Shown here: piece by piece, positions 1-7,409 of the stretch
Numbering within the stretch: position 1 is the first letter of the stretch
How the letters are laid out: each line of letters opens with the position of its first letter
Source: an uncultured Planctomycetia bacterium
GTDB taxonomy: Bacteria; Omnitrophota; Gorgyraeia; Duberdicusellales; 4484-171
Reading direction: 5' to 3'
DNA: 64,000 bases
NCBI GenBank assembly: GCA_964629655.1
Contig: CAZVQU010000001.1
Span: 164,056 to 228,055 of the forward strand
Notes under the pieces: model-generated
Database searches by the model: none
Seen by the model: the letters and a program-made list of their open reading frames with translations, nothing else
What the model was told of the DNA's origin: nothing
Translations under genes and position numbers: made by a program

Positions 1-1635
1 CGTACCATCGGCCATTGTAAAAGCTGCTGCTCCAGCATCACGATTAGCACCATCAGCAAGAGCATCATTTGCTGTTGCAGTAAATGCGCCGTCAATTGTT
101 ACATTCGCATTAACAAGAATACTTCTTCCTGCCTGCAAGGTAAGATTCCCTGTCCCAGCAGAAGAATCCACAGCCTGGGTTACAGTAATATCAGTATTAG
201 CCTGCAAAATAAGATTAGTTCCATTCAGAGCAGCCTCTACGTTCTCATCAGAAAAATCAGCTGTAGCTGTAGGGTTATCAGAAAAGACATCATTAGCAGC
301 AACCGCGTCTACTCCACCATCAGTAATCGTAATATTTTTTGGGTCAATAAATAATGTTCCCCTATCTCCATTCTCAGCTAATAAATCCACTGACCCTTGG
401 AATATCATACTTTCCTTACCGGATACTTCAACAAAGCCACCATCACCGCTGGATAAACCACCCTTTGCTTCAATTTTTGCACCACTCCAGAAGTTTGCCG
501 TCTCAGGTGAATAAACAATTATTTCACCACCATTCCCATCTACCTCAGCATTAGCAGTTGTTAAGCTATCTGCGGTTAAAGCAATAACATCTCGGGCATA
601 CAAATCAATGTTCCCGCCATCGCCGTCGCCAAGCGCGTCAGCATGAACTTGCCCGAACTGGCCAACTTTATCGCCGCGTATCTCTATTTCGCCACCATTT
701 ACTCCTTGATCAATTGCCGATGTAGTAATAGTTCCTGTATTTTGAATTATGCCTTCACTGGCAGAAACCAGAACAATTTTTCCGTTACGCTCAACCATTG
801 AGCCAGCGCGAACAATACCATCCTGATTAATTAACTTATCAAAGACATCCCCAACCGCAGCTACCTCCATATATACTGCGCCGCCATCAGCAGTAATAGT
901 ACCTGCATTGTTAACGCCGACATCTATCCTGTCACCATTTTGATCATAAACATTATCCAAGATTTCCTCATCAACAACTGCCTGGATATTACCGTTACCT
1001 CCTATATCTACAGTAACTTTGCTTCCGGCAACAAGGTTTACTGTTCCAAAATCAGCCCTGATTGCACCTAGATTACTGACTGCACCACCGGCTAATACAA
1101 CCCCTCCGCCAGAAGCAATAATATTGCCGGCATTAGATATAGAGTTTAATTGCTGACCGCCAAGGTCAAGAACATAATTTCCAGATAAAAAATCATCCTG
1201 GCTCATCATAAGAGTAGAAGCAATTAATCCTCCTACATTCACTTGAGCGGTAGGTGAGAATAATATGCCATTGGGGTTAATAAGAAATTGGTTACAATTA
1301 CTATTCCAAATACCGGCGATATCCGAACTACTTGAACCAATAACATTATAAAGCATAGCTGCTGAAGCGTTCGGCCCGAGACTATTTAAGGTATACCCAT
1401 TGCCAATATCAAAAGAGGTTGCGTCTCCCCACCATTTAGAACCATTGGTTATAACCGACATTTCATTACCATTAACCGAAATGTCTGCTGAGCCGATTCG
1501 ATCGGTTATTCCCGAAGGAAGATTTTCAGCATATATATTGCTGGGAAAAATATAGAAGGAAGCCAGAGCAACAGCAAGAAAGACACGTAGCCCCTTTCCT
1601 AAGCTCGGTTTATTTTTACTGTTTTGCATTTTCAT
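1..1635 (-). CDS. TpsA exoprotein (filamentous haemagglutinin N-terminal / HMW1-like), 3' end runs off window
   Basis: Not in ORF track; translated by hand in parts: MKMQNSKNKPSLGKGLRVFLAVALASFYIFPSNIYAENLPSG... (signal peptide), TPS motif FLINPNGILFSPTAQVNVGGLIASTL, later GDGGFVEVSGK and GTLFIDPKNITITD; directly downstream of TpsB. Confidence 0.9.
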   Translation of the reverse strand, partial: MKMQNSKNKPSLGKGLRVFLAVALASFYIFPSNIYAENLPSGITDRIGSADISVNGNEMSVITNGSKWWGDATSFDIGNGYTLNSLGPNASAAMLYNVIGSSSSDIAGIWNSNCNQFLINPNGILFSPTAQVNVGGLIASTLMMSQDDFLSGNYVLDLGGQQLNSISNAGNIIASGGGVVLAGGAVSNLGAIRADFGTVNLVAGSKVTVDIGGNGNIQAVVDEEILDNVYDQNGDRIDVGVNNAGTITADGGAVYMEVAAVGDVFDKLINQDGIVRAGSMVERNGKIVLVSASEGIIQNTGTITTSAIDQGVNGGEIEIRGDKVGQFGQVHADALGDGDGGNIDLYARDVIALTADSLTTANAEVDGNGGEIIVYSPETANFWSGAKIEAKGGLSSGDGGFVEVSGKESMIFQGSVDLLAENGDRGTLFIDPKNITITDGGVDAVAANDVFSDNPTATADFSDENVEAALNGTNLILQANTDITVTQAVDSSAGTGNLTLQAGRSILVNANVTIDGAFTATANDALADGANRDAGAAAFTMADGT

Positions 1636-1683
1636 TACTTTCTTCTACTATCAATAATAATTTCTTACGCCGCTAAAAAATAT

Positions 1684-3510
1684 CTAAAACTCATATTGAA
1701 GCCCAAAATGAACCTTACCGGTGGAATCATCGCTTGGTTTCTCTTTACCGGCAGGAAAACCCCAATCTATCCTTCCGCGAAGATGTTCAGCAAAATCAAA
1801 ACGTAATCCAAGCCCGGCACCGACCAAATAGCTGGTGCCTTTCTCGCCAACCTGGGCATTTACAAGATATCCCTTTCCTAAATCAACAAAATATACAAAT
1901 TGAAGAGCATCTTTCAAAGACATTCCCTTTTTGTCATAAGGAACTTTTATTGCTCGAGGGAAGATAAAGGCCGGGGTTCTCAACTCTATGGTTGAAATCC
2001 AACCATAATCGGCAAGATATTCATTCTCTGGGAATCCTCTTATCGTATTAGCCCCACCAAGAGATAATTGTTCGGAATTGACTAGCGGATCCTCAACATA
2101 TTGTCCCCGTATTGAAGCAATCAAATACGACGATAACGGCAAACGGGTAGTCCTGGAAAGTGAACCAACGTATTTTACAAATTCACCCCCGGCATCTAAA
2201 CGGCTGGAACTCACATCATATTTATCCATAGAACCAATGAAATCATCCATGCCAACACGTACTTCACTAGACACGAATGTCCGCCCCATGCTATCTTTCT
2301 CATCAAAGCTTATTCCTGCCTTCAAAACTCGTAGTTCATCATGGCTTGTTTCCTGGCCTAATATCTTGTTCACTACACTTATCGAATCCAACCCGGCAGT
2401 AACCGTGCTGGCAATATTAATCGGAGTCGGCTCTAAGAAATTATCATCAAATAAAGTATGTCGCCCATATACACCCCAAAGCGTTGCTCTACCTTCAGGA
2501 GTAAGGATTTGAAACATTTCACCGATGTCAGCCTGACTATACATGCCGTAAAACCCTAAGCGAGTATCGTAGCGAGAAATCGGGAAATTATAATCAAGAC
2601 TGCCTGCATATACTCTATCATAGTTAGAGCCTGCCCGCAAATTCAAAGACAAAATATCATCATTCCCAAGAAGATTGTTATGTACAAAGCCTAGCTCAGA
2701 ACGGTACTTGCCGCTATATTCGGTCCCCTGATTATTATACCCTAAATACCAATGTATCGGACTCCTTTCTTCTTCAAGTTTCAATAAAACATCCGAAGTA
2801 GCCGGCTCTTCACCCGGCAGTAATACCGCTTTTACCACTCTATCCGGCTGTCTATTAAACCGTTTAATATCCTTTTCCAGCTTAGCGTAATCCAAAATTT
2901 GCCCTTCCTCGACAATCAATTTACGCTTAATTTTCTCTTTGCTGTAATACTTACCGTCTTCAGCCTTAACCTTACCCAAACGGCCTTCAATAACCTGGAA
3001 TTCTATACTACCATCTGTAACTTCTTGTGCAGGCGCGTAAGCCAAACTGGTAAGATACCCTTTGCTACGATAAAATGCAGTAAGTTCATCAGCTGCATTT
3101 TTCAAATCACTCATTCCTAAGTCTTTATCGCGATATTTATCTAAAATCACCTCAAAATCTTTAGCCTTAAATAAATACACTCCATTTAAAATGAACTTCT
3201 CTACAAAAACTTTTGGCTCGGGCGGAAGTAATGCCTCCTTTGCCGCGGGAACCGTATCTGCCACTCTTTCTATAACGTCTCTTTGTCTCCGGATTATCTC
3301 TTCCTGTGCCGAAACTTTTTTCTCCAATTTTTTAATTCTTTTTTCAAATTCATCAACTCGGCTAACTTTTTCTTTAAGCCGATTTAATTCTTCCATTATC
3401 GCCTTAATATCGCTGCTCTCACTGGGAAAAACAGCAGTACTATTTGACAATAAAAAGACTAAGCTTATAAATACGACAACGAAATTCTTTTTATTGATAA
3501 TTTTCCTCAT
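1684..3510 (-). CDS. TpsB / ShlB-FhaC-HecB family outer-membrane transporter
   Basis: Signal peptide, POTRA-like region (YRSKGYLTS..PAQEV..G.IEFQVIEG), GGANTIRGF (VRGY-type) loop, C-terminal HFGLQYEF beta-signal. Confidence 0.92.
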   Translation of the reverse strand: MRKIINKKNFVVVFISLVFLLSNSTAVFPSESSDIKAIMEELNRLKEKVSRVDEFEKRIKKLEKKVSAQEEIIRRQRDVIERVADTVPAAKEALLPPEPKVFVEKFILNGVYLFKAKDFEVILDKYRDKDLGMSDLKNAADELTAFYRSKGYLTSLAYAPAQEVTDGSIEFQVIEGRLGKVKAEDGKYYSKEKIKRKLIVEEGQILDYAKLEKDIKRFNRQPDRVVKAVLLPGEEPATSDVLLKLEEERSPIHWYLGYNNQGTEYSGKYRSELGFVHNNLLGNDDILSLNLRAGSNYDRVYAGSLDYNFPISRYDTRLGFYGMYSQADIGEMFQILTPEGRATLWGVYGRHTLFDDNFLEPTPINIASTVTAGLDSISVVNKILGQETSHDELRVLKAGISFDEKDSMGRTFVSSEVRVGMDDFIGSMDKYDVSSSRLDAGGEFVKYVGSLSRTTRLPLSSYLIASIRGQYVEDPLVNSEQLSLGGANTIRGFPENEYLADYGWISTIELRTPAFIFPRAIKVPYDKKGMSLKDALQFVYFVDLGKGYLVNAQVGEKGTSYLVGAGLGLRFDFAEHLRGRIDWGFPAGKEKPSDDSTGKVHFGLQYEF

Positions 3511-5735
3511 CTATCTTGTGCCTTTCTTCGTTTACGAAGCTTTTCAGCTTGTTTAGCTTCTCTCGCAACGCGAGCTTTCTCTCGCTTAATCTCCAGATTA
3601 ACTTCTCTTTGTATTTGCTTGCGGAGTTTTGCAGCCTGCTTAGCATCTTTCGCAGCTTGGGCTCTTTCTCTCTTATCCTGGATTCGAGCTTCTTTCTCTC
3701 TCTTCTTGCGGAGCTTTTCAGCTTTCTTAGCTTCCTTCTCAGCCTGGGCTGTTTCTCTCTTAATCTCCAGATTAACTTTTCTTTGTATTTGCTTACGAAG
3801 ATTTTGGGCTTGTTTAGTTTCTGCCGCGGTTTGAATGCTCTCTCGCTTAGCCTGGAGTTGATCTTCTCTTTGTTTCTTCCTGCGGATTTTTTCCATCAAC
3901 TTAGCCTCTTTTGCAGCCTTCGCTTTCTTTCTTCTAACATATAATTCCACTTCTTTTTGTTTCTGCTTACTGAGTTTTTCAGCTTTTTTAGCCTCCTTGG
4001 CGGCTTGCGCTTTTTCTTTCTTGGCTTGGCGCTGAGCTGCTTTATCTTGAGCCGCTAGTTTAGCTGCTCTTTTTTCCTGCTTGCGAAGCCTTTCAGCTGC
4101 CTTAGCCTCTTTTGCGGCTTGAGCTACTTCTCTCTTAACTTTTAACTCAGCTTCTTTTTGTATTTGCTTACGGACTTTTGCAGCTTCCTTGGCAGCTTTT
4201 TTAGCTTGAATTCGAGCTTCTTTTTGCTCCTGTTCGCGGAGTTTTTCAGCCTGCTTAGCCTCTTCCGCAGCTTGAGCCTCCTCTCTCATAACTTTCAACT
4301 CAGCTTCTTTTTGTATTTGCTTATGAAGTTTTGCAGCTTTCTCAGCTTCCTTCTTAACCTGGGCTGCTTCTCTCTTAACCTGCAAATCGACTTCTTTTTG
4401 TATTTGCTTATCAAGCTTCTCAGCTTGTTTAGTACCTTTCGCGGGCCGACTTACCCGCTTACTCAAAATCGCTTTTATCTTTTTCTTTTTCTTACGAACT
4501 TCTCTTTTTAAACCTTTCTTGTCTGTAATATCCTCAACGTAATTGAATATGGGCAGAGCAGTTTCATATTCTCCTATTAGAAATAAATCATTCGCGTCTT
4601 CAAAAATCTCCTGAGGTGTCTTTTTAACTTTTATAACTATATAATCGCTCGTTCCCTCCACAACGGTAGTTTTTTTACGCTTAAGCTGCAGCTCGACTTC
4701 TTTTTGTATCTTCCTGCGAAGTTTTTCAGCCCGTTCAGCTTCTTTCTCGGTCTGAACTTTTCTACCTCGACCATCTAGCTTAGCTGCTCTCTCTTCCTGC
4801 CTCCGGAATTCTTCAGCTAACTTAGCCTCTTCCGCGGCTTGAGCTTCCTCTCGCTTAAGCTGCAACTCAGCTTCTCTTTGCATTCGCTTGTGGAGCTCTT
4901 TTGCTTGCCTAGCTTCCTCCTCGGCTTGGACTTCTTTTCTTGGAACACTTACCTCACCTGTTCTCTCTTCCTGCTTAGGGAATTTTCCAGTTTTTTTAGC
5001 TTCCTTGGCGGCTTGGGCTTTTTCTCTCTTATCCTGGATTCGAGCTTCTTTTTGCTCCTGCCTGCGGAGTTTTTCAGCTTTTTTAGCCTCCTTGGCGGCT
5101 TGGGCTTTTTCTCTTTTATCCTGGATTCGAGCTTCTTTTTGCTCCTGCTTGCGGAGTTTTGCAGCTTCCTTAGCATCTTTTCTGGCCTGGACCTCTCGTG
5201 CCTTCAACTCGGCTTTTATCCTTTTATTCTTCTCCTTGTCTTTAACACTATCTCTCTTAGCCTGGATTCGAGCCTCTTTCTCTTCCTGTTTGCGGAGTTT
5301 TGCAGCCTGCTTAGCGTCTTTTGCAGCTTCCTTAGCAGCTTTTTTAGCTTGAATTCGAGCTTCTTTTTGCTCCTGCTTACGGAGTTTTGCAGCCTGTTTA
5401 GCCTCCTTCGCGGTAGAATACTCCTTTTCTGGTTCTGAGGGAATAGTTGACTTCTCTTCTAAGGAAGGCCTTGTAAAAATACTTAGAGTACTATTTATTC
5501 TGTCCTTGCGAATACTCTCTAAATATATCTTTGCCTTTTCGTTGTAAGGATTAACCATTAAGGCCTTTTTGAATTCTGTTTTGGCCTCTTGAATGCGGCC
5601 GCTTTCTAAAAAAGTTTCACCTAATTCTACGAGGTAATCATCTGAAGAAGGTAAGTCAATATAATCATCTGAAGAGGGTAAACCGTTTAGGGGGAAAATG
5701 AGCAGCATTAAAGATAGTATGAGCAGTATCTTCAT
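3507..5735 (-). CDS. Secreted TPR-containing protein with long K/E/A/Q/R-rich 29-aa repeat regions
   Basis: Signal peptide; TPR-like LVELGETFLESGRIQEAKTEFKKALMVNPYNEKAKIYL; second TPR-like IFEDANDLFLIGEYETALPIF; ATGA overlap with tpsB. Confidence 0.8.
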   Translation of the reverse strand: MKILLILSLMLLIFPLNGLPSSDDYIDLPSSDDYLVELGETFLESGRIQEAKTEFKKALMVNPYNEKAKIYLESIRKDRINSTLSIFTRPSLEEKSTIPSEPEKEYSTAKEAKQAAKLRKQEQKEARIQAKKAAKEAAKDAKQAAKLRKQEEKEARIQAKRDSVKDKEKNKRIKAELKAREVQARKDAKEAAKLRKQEQKEARIQDKREKAQAAKEAKKAEKLRRQEQKEARIQDKREKAQAAKEAKKTGKFPKQEERTGEVSVPRKEVQAEEEARQAKELHKRMQREAELQLKREEAQAAEEAKLAEEFRRQEERAAKLDGRGRKVQTEKEAERAEKLRRKIQKEVELQLKRKKTTVVEGTSDYIVIKVKKTPQEIFEDANDLFLIGEYETALPIFNYVEDITDKKGLKREVRKKKKKIKAILSKRVSRPAKGTKQAEKLDKQIQKEVDLQVKREAAQVKKEAEKAAKLHKQIQKEAELKVMREEAQAAEEAKQAEKLREQEQKEARIQAKKAAKEAAKVRKQIQKEAELKVKREVAQAAKEAKAAERLRKQEKRAAKLAAQDKAAQRQAKKEKAQAAKEAKKAEKLSKQKQKEVELYVRRKKAKAAKEAKLMEKIRRKKQREDQLQAKRESIQTAAETKQAQNLRKQIQRKVNLEIKRETAQAEKEAKKAEKLRKKREKEARIQDKRERAQAAKDAKQAAKLRKQIQREVNLEIKREKARVAREAKQAEKLRKRRKAQDR
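3520..4445 (-). repeat. In-frame 87-bp (29-aa) tandem repeat block 2 of TPR protein
   Basis: Units such as VRKQIQKEAELKVKREVAQAAKEAKAAER and LRKQIQREVNLEIKREKARVAREAKQAEK; boundaries approximate. Confidence 0.85.
4675..5414 (-). repeat. In-frame 87-bp (29-aa) tandem repeat block 1 of TPR protein
   Basis: LRKQEQKEARIQDKREKAQAAKEAKKAEK followed by LRRQEQKEARIQDKREKAQAAKEAKKTGK etc.; boundaries approximate. Confidence 0.85.
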
Positions 5736-5742
5736 TATAGTA

Positions 5743-5771
5743 ATTTTATCAAAAAAATGCTAATATTTCAA
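5743..5771 (-). promoter_or_regulatory. sigma70-type promoter of TPS operon (likely leaderless)
   Basis: TTGAAA-N17-TAAAAT with TGn extension; ATG at 5735 lies 7 nt after the -10. Confidence 0.65.
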
Positions 5772-5899
5772 GCATTTTTCCTTATTTTTCGATTTTAAAT
5801 CGGGGGTTTTAATCTGTTCTGAAGAAAGTAATTCTAAAAGTTAGAATTTATAGCCAAAACTTCCGTAATAACTCTTCACACAATGCACTATCATCTTCC

Positions 5900-7357
5900 T
5901 CAACCGGCTTTTTTTCTTATAAAAACACCGAGTAAAAAAATACTACAAATAAAAGGAAAAAACTCTCCGTGCTTATTGTAAAAACTTCTCTCCTCATTCA
6001 AAGAGACTACAAAGTTCTTGGTTCCGGCAAAGAATACTTCCTTTCTATTCTTCCGAAATTTCTCAATTTCGCCTTTAAAAGAAACCCAACCGCTTATGCC
6101 GGTATTAGCGCTTCGGATTATAGAAATTCTATTCTCAACAGCTCTTAAAGTCATAATGCTGAGGTGCTGGCTGGCTTCCGGCTCCCCCTTAAACCAGGCA
6201 TCATTAGTGATGTTTACTAGAAAATCGTTGCCCCGTGCAAAATTCATAACATGCTTAGGGAAAACATCTTCGAAACAAATAAGTGCAGAAAATCTCTTAC
6301 CCTTATGAGAAAAACTCACGAAATCGTCGCCTCTGGCCATATCCCCAATGGAATTAAAGACGCTGATAAAGGTTAAGAATCTTCTTAAAGGAACATACTC
6401 ACCATATGGAACTAATTTTATCTTTTGGTAAGCGTCTACGAGCTTTGCTTTCTTATCAAATTGCAAAGCCTCATTGTAAAACTGGCCTTCTTTTTCTGTC
6501 ACAGCTCCAATAACAACATCCTTTTCTAGCTTCCAGATAAATTGTTCCAATTCATAGAAATTTTCTTCACCAACAGTAAGCGGCCAGGAAGCTTCAGGAA
6601 AAATTACTAAAGAGTCTTCTTCTGTTTCTTCAGCTAAGCTATTTAATACCTTTACAATTTTAAACCGGGAAAAAGGCTCCCACTTTAATTCCTGAGGAAT
6701 ATTCGGTTGGACTATTGATATTTTATGAGAATCTGTTTCTTTTAAATTTTTTACTCTGTAGACTGAGTATGAAAAGAAAATTGTAAAGACAAAAAAAACG
6801 AAAATTGTCTTCTTGAAAATATTTTTTCTTAACTCCGGGTCTCTGCTTCTTTTGCTTAGAAACAAAAATGCCTGAAGAATTAAAATATTTACCATTACAA
6901 TTAAAAAAGAGATAAGTTTTGTTCCAGCTAAATCTGCTATCTGGATAAGGTAAAAATTATCGTATTGGGAATACCCTAAATTTGCCCAGCCAAATCCACA
7001 CCAGATATTTTCTTTTAAAAACTCTAGGAGGACCCAAAGGCAAGGCAAAGTAATAAGCCTCAAGGTCTTCCTGTAAAGATTCCTCCCAAGCAACGAAAAA
7101 ATTATACTGTAGATAGAAAGGTAAGAAAGTAAAAAAAGTAACCCTAGCTTGGTAACATTAGCTACCCAAAAAAGAGTAAGGCCATAGAAAGAAAGAGCGA
7201 AAACTATCCCCGAGAAGACAGCTGTCTTAAGGCGTCCTCTACTTATTGCATAGATAAAAGGAGCTATTGAAAACCAAACCAGGAAAGAAAGATTGGGCAG
7301 GTTAAAACTTAATCCGGTTAGCGCGCCGCTGAGAAAAGATAATATTAAGCTGATCAT
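5900..7357 (-). CDS. lnt: Apolipoprotein N-acyltransferase
   Basis: Multi-TM N-terminus, QPNIPQ..KW, FPEA, KIKLVPYGEYVP, LICFEDVF, NITNDAWF, RSANTGIS. Confidence 0.95.
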   Translation of the reverse strand: MISLILSFLSGALTGLSFNLPNLSFLVWFSIAPFIYAISRGRLKTAVFSGIVFALSFYGLTLFWVANVTKLGLLFLLSYLSIYSIIFSLLGRNLYRKTLRLITLPCLWVLLEFLKENIWCGFGWANLGYSQYDNFYLIQIADLAGTKLISFLIVMVNILILQAFLFLSKRSRDPELRKNIFKKTIFVFFVFTIFFSYSVYRVKNLKETDSHKISIVQPNIPQELKWEPFSRFKIVKVLNSLAEETEEDSLVIFPEASWPLTVGEENFYELEQFIWKLEKDVVIGAVTEKEGQFYNEALQFDKKAKLVDAYQKIKLVPYGEYVPLRRFLTFISVFNSIGDMARGDDFVSFSHKGKRFSALICFEDVFPKHVMNFARGNDFLVNITNDAWFKGEPEASQHLSIMTLRAVENRISIIRSANTGISGWVSFKGEIEKFRKNRKEVFFAGTKNFVVSLNEERSFYNKHGEFFPFICSIFLLGVFIRKKAG

Positions 7358-7409
7358 GATTTAGTCCATAGTTCGTGTGCGATGCCCCTCCTATGGGTTA
7401 CGAACTATT

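Noticed and set aside
3520-5414. 87-bp periodic repeats as a CRISPR array
   Set aside because: No constant repeat with unique spacers; units are in-frame and degenerate; no cas genes.
3516-5438. Plus-strand Phe/Leu/Ser-rich ORFs over the TPR-gene repeats
   Set aside because: Antisense shadows of Lys/Glu/Ala codon repeats, which lack stops; no SD or family features.
3507-5735. Calling the 742-aa protein TolA
   Set aside because: Only compositional similarity; no TolA/TonB C-terminal domain, no tolQR/tolB neighbours, and TPR segments are present.
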